Assembly: GCA_030264375.1 (NCBI GenBank)
Contig: JASCQW010000132.1
Coordinates: 57,235,036 to 57,299,035 of the forward strand
Origin: Carcharhinus longimanus
Lineage: Eukaryota
Reading direction: 5' to 3'
DNA length: 64,000 bases
Shown here one piece after another: positions 60,332 through 64,000 of this stretch. The position numbers were made by a program, and so were the translations under genes. Position 1 is the stretch's first letter; every line of letters begins with the position of its first letter. The notes below the pieces were generated by a model that saw only the letters and a program-made list of their open reading frames with translations, was not told the origin of the DNA and searched no databases.

Positions 60332-63300
60332 TCATGTACCCATACTCTCTGCCTAGGAAAATCGCATTCCTGTGCAAAATTTTGGAATGACTTATTAGCA
60401 AATTGTGGCTCATTTACTGACACTACAATGTCCAGAATGTCATGTGTCGCATAAATTCTTTTCACTGGTTGAAAGATTGTTTGCACTATGATATTATGCA
60501 ATCAGTTTACTTCAATCAAGCATGAATGACTTCGGCGAAAATAAGAAAGATTTTTCCCTTAAAATTAAATAGGTTCTCATGGACTTGATGGAAAAGTACT
60601 CAATTCTTTTGCTTGTGGCTGTTTACTGCATACCTAAAATGATTAGAAATAATTTCTTCAATTGAATGAGTAATGCCTGACCACCAGTTTAATTGCTGGG
60701 CTCTCACACAGTATTTTCCATTCATAGATGACCTTGGTGAAGCATTTGAAGAATAATGAGCTCAAATGCTTTTGGTATGATTACTCTCTCATTGAAGTGT
60801 AATAAATTGTCAGAAGTGTGCTGCATTGCTGGGATATATTCTGGCCATCCTTCCAGACAATATTCTCTTACCTGAAAACATTTGTCACCTTGTTGCTGTG
60901 CTTATTTTATTTCCTGCAGCTTTCTTTGCAGTAGCTGATAAGTGTTGGGTAATTCAAGATATATATGCCTCGACCTCCTCAATAAAGTGTAAATCCTCTT
61001 CTTTGGTTTTTTTCTGGTGGTATCTGTGACACTGTGTCTGCTGCTATTTGAAACTTACCTTGAACATACTCTGTTATGGAGTCATATCTTATTAATCATA
61101 TCCTGAATGACTGGAATCTGGGCTACATCTTTGCAATTAATGTTATGTTCAGAAGAGTAACTATGGTCTGTCTCAACATTGAACCATAATTCCGATAAAG
61201 TAGTCCAAGATTATTTTGCATGTTGCTGCCAATGCTGTTTTTGTTTTGATTGTGGTGTATCTTTGTTCTAATTCTGATAATGATCTTGACGCATAATAAT
61301 CTGGTCAAAACTTGCTGTCTCTCTGCACTTGAAATAAAATTGCCTCCAGACCAGTTGATGATGCATCTGCTGCTGCTTTGGTTGGCAATTCTGGGTCACT
61401 ATATGCCCAAATTTCAGAGGAAATTAAAATTAAATCCACATGTCAGCTTCACTGTTGACTCTGTCTCAACAGCTGTCTCAAAGGTTCATTGACCTCTACT
61501 AAATCTGATAGGAATCTGCCTTTTTGTTTGATCTTCCCAAGGAATCTTTGAAGTTCAGTTATGTTCTTGGGTTGGAAATTCTCAAATTATTTTTGTTTTT
61601 TATGGATCATCTGAGATTCCAGTTGCTTGCTTGATGTGATCTAGAAATTTGATTATAGGTTTTCAAATTCATTTTTTTCATTCAATGATAAGCCTGCATC
61701 CTGTAAGACTCTTAAGACTGTTCTAACTCTGCACCCATGTTCCTATCTCATGGAGCCATGTACAATATTCATTGCCATATTACTTCTTCCATGCCTTCTA
61801 CAGTTTGAGACATTGTTCTCTGGGAAAGTTTAGGAGTGGAGCACCATTTCGAATATTGATCCTTTGACCAATAGACATTCTAAATGTGGTCAGCAATCTG
61901 GATTCTTTGTCCAGGGCTATAACCAAAATCTTCAGTTTGCATTCAATTTGCTGAGTAAAGCACTCTTCGGGAGTTTGGCAAAGATCTCATCCATTATGGC
62001 CACTGATATCTTTAGATGAGTAAAACCCATACCAATTTTTATGGAGCCTTTTAGCACTGGGTCTGAGTCCATTCCTGAACACCATGTTGTTTGCATGTTG
62101 TTCAGTGAAATAAACCCTTGCTTTTGCATCTTCCTAATTTCACCCTTGATTTTGTCCAAGGATAGGTCAGGGACTTTCCTCAGTATAAAGAGGCAAACTG
62201 CTTTAGATCAGCTTGTAGAGTAATATGAAACTCTAGCTTTAATTTCCCTAGCCCTATAAATAATTTTGGAACTTCATTTCTGAATGTACTGCTGTAATGT
62301 TTATTCACTTTATGGATTTGTTTAAATTTTAGGCATGCCTTTCTGCTTAGCAGACAGCATTCTTGATTTTGAATTACATGGAGATGCCAAAGATTCCTCT
62401 ATCTTTATACTTGTCACAAGGCCTTTAACTTCCAACGTAGTCCCACCAGGATCTTGTAATTTGATAGTTCAGATTTGAAATGTAACCTGCTTGAACAATT
62501 TTATTTTGTCTGATAAAACAGAAACTTCTGCTCCCGTGTCCAATTTTAAATCCTGTTGGGTGTTCGTCCACTCTGAGTTTAATATTCCTGTATTTGTTGC
62601 AGTATCATTTTCCTCCCTAGGAAGGTTACTTGCCTTTTTCTGTGGTTCTTCCACCACGACGTGGTTCTCTTTCAATATGTTCTCCTTCTTTTCATATGTT
62701 GTCAGCGTTTTTGAGCAACGGATAGTTTTGAAGTAGTCTATTTTTCCACCCTGTTCTGCTCCTCCTTCTGGATAGTCTTCTCACGTATACAATTTGTTAC
62801 CACTACACCTGAAACATTTCAAGATGTTGGTTGCTGTGCGTCTCCCCATTTTTGGTGACTGAGACTTTTGGCGCACTTTTTTTCAAATGACCTACAAACT
62901 TATGTGATTTTCTCCATGGTACAGCACCTTTCTGTGAGCAAGCATCCAGTTTTGTTTTCTAAACTCAGTTTGTCTTGCAATTTGTACTGTCTTGACTAGT
63001 GTTGCATTCTCTCTTGTCTGTTAGAGATAAGATAATGCTTTGTCTAGGACTCTTAACTCAACTCAGTCGTCAATCAATTCACCCCTTAAGACTCCATAAT
63101 TACAGTTCCCTACCAGCCTGAACAGAATATCAATGAACAAATCAATGTTTTCCTGGTCTTTGCTTTCTCTTGTTAAATTTTTACCTCAATAGTTAAGTTT
63201 TTCCAGGCATTGAAATGTGAATCAAATGATTACAGGACTTCTTCATAAAAAATTGATACCTATCAACTTCCTGCCATGCTATCCTAACATCAGCAATAGA

Positions 63301-63354
63301 TCCAATTGCATAAAGTAGTGTACTGAGCTGCTCCTTTTGATCTTTATTTTTTTA

Positions 63355-63437
63355 AATCAGATGGGGTGTACTAGGAATGGGCAATAAATGTTTGCCAGCC
63401 AGTCATGCCCATATGTCACAAATGAATATTTTAAAAA
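63355..63437 (+). mobile_element. SINE/LINE 3' tail inserted in gag
   Basis: CTAGGAATGGGCAATAAATGTTTGCCAGCCAGTCATGCCCATATGTCACAAATGAAT is the same tail as at 10285 and 26985. Confidence 0.75.
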
Positions 63438-64000
63438 GTTCTCTCTCCCAAGAATCTTTATTCCAGTTGCCCCAGTCCTGAGCTGGTGAGAGCCTCCGAG
63501 CTGGTTCTAGGTGTAGTCATGTGGATTCCATGCTTCTACTGAGCCCTAGAATTGTTGCTGCTTCACTGATGCTGCTTGTTGATACTGGTCTATGCTCACT
63601 GCTGTCCAGAATCTGGGTTGGTGTCTCAGTGTACATCTACCTCACCTGCATTCTCCAACTTCTGGTGAGTCTTGAACCTGTTCCTTTCCTCCTTCTTTCA
63701 AGGATCTATTAACTTGCCAGGTCTGTAGCTATTCCTTAAAATTTTTCTGGGTCTTTTGTTTGCTGTCCATTGCCACAATGTTGTGTCATGTTTTTGGGTT
63801 TAGATGGGGTTCTTTGGGGCTTACCTACTTTCCCAAAGTAAACTGCATGAGTCTATGGTTTGTTAAAGCCATTACTCTTTATTCACTGCTACTATGTACA
63901 CATTGGGAAGTCTGTATGAGGTTGGAACTTATCTTCCCTCCAGACTTCTGTGACTCAATTATCTGATGTTACATCAAAATAATTAAACAAAGAAAATCAT

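Larger units (their letters stand above)
60260..63940 (-). mobile_element. Decayed Gypsy LTR-retrotransposon internal region (gag-protease-RT-RNaseH-integrase)
   Basis: Gag KFNKRKQRPG...NCNYGVLRGELI; protease LKLDTGAEVSVLS; RT LSKLNAN; integrase IYATHDILDIVVSVNEPQFANKSFQNFAQECDF; many stops, frameshifts and deletions; no LTR identified. Confidence 0.92.

Overview
Eukaryotic, repeat-dense, apparently non-coding DNA (intron or intergenic) with four N gaps. The repeat complement (HE1/V-type SINEs, CR1/HER1-type LINEs, Deu-domain SINEs, Penelope elements) points to a shark or other elasmobranch genome; this is inference from recalled repeat consensus sequences. I found no intact host gene. Every recognisable peptide in the ORF track is a decayed transposon fragment: CR1, Rex1/Babar, RTE, Penelope, Gypsy gag-pol-integrase, or PIF/Harbinger transposase and Myb-like protein. 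The most interesting observations are: one SINE head carrying two alternative tails (CR1-type versus a hairpin tail matching the Rex1/Babar 3' end), four apparent SINE-LINE tail pairs, degenerate hammerhead ribozyme cores in Penelope termini, an 870-bp solo LTR with a perfect 5-bp TSD, a Harbinger plus MITE system, a 130-bp local templated duplication, a perfect fold-back hairpin, and repeat-free blocks that may be enhancers. I cannot support a wholly new biological system from this window. Boundaries of old repeats are approximate, and family names come from recalled motifs, not database searches.
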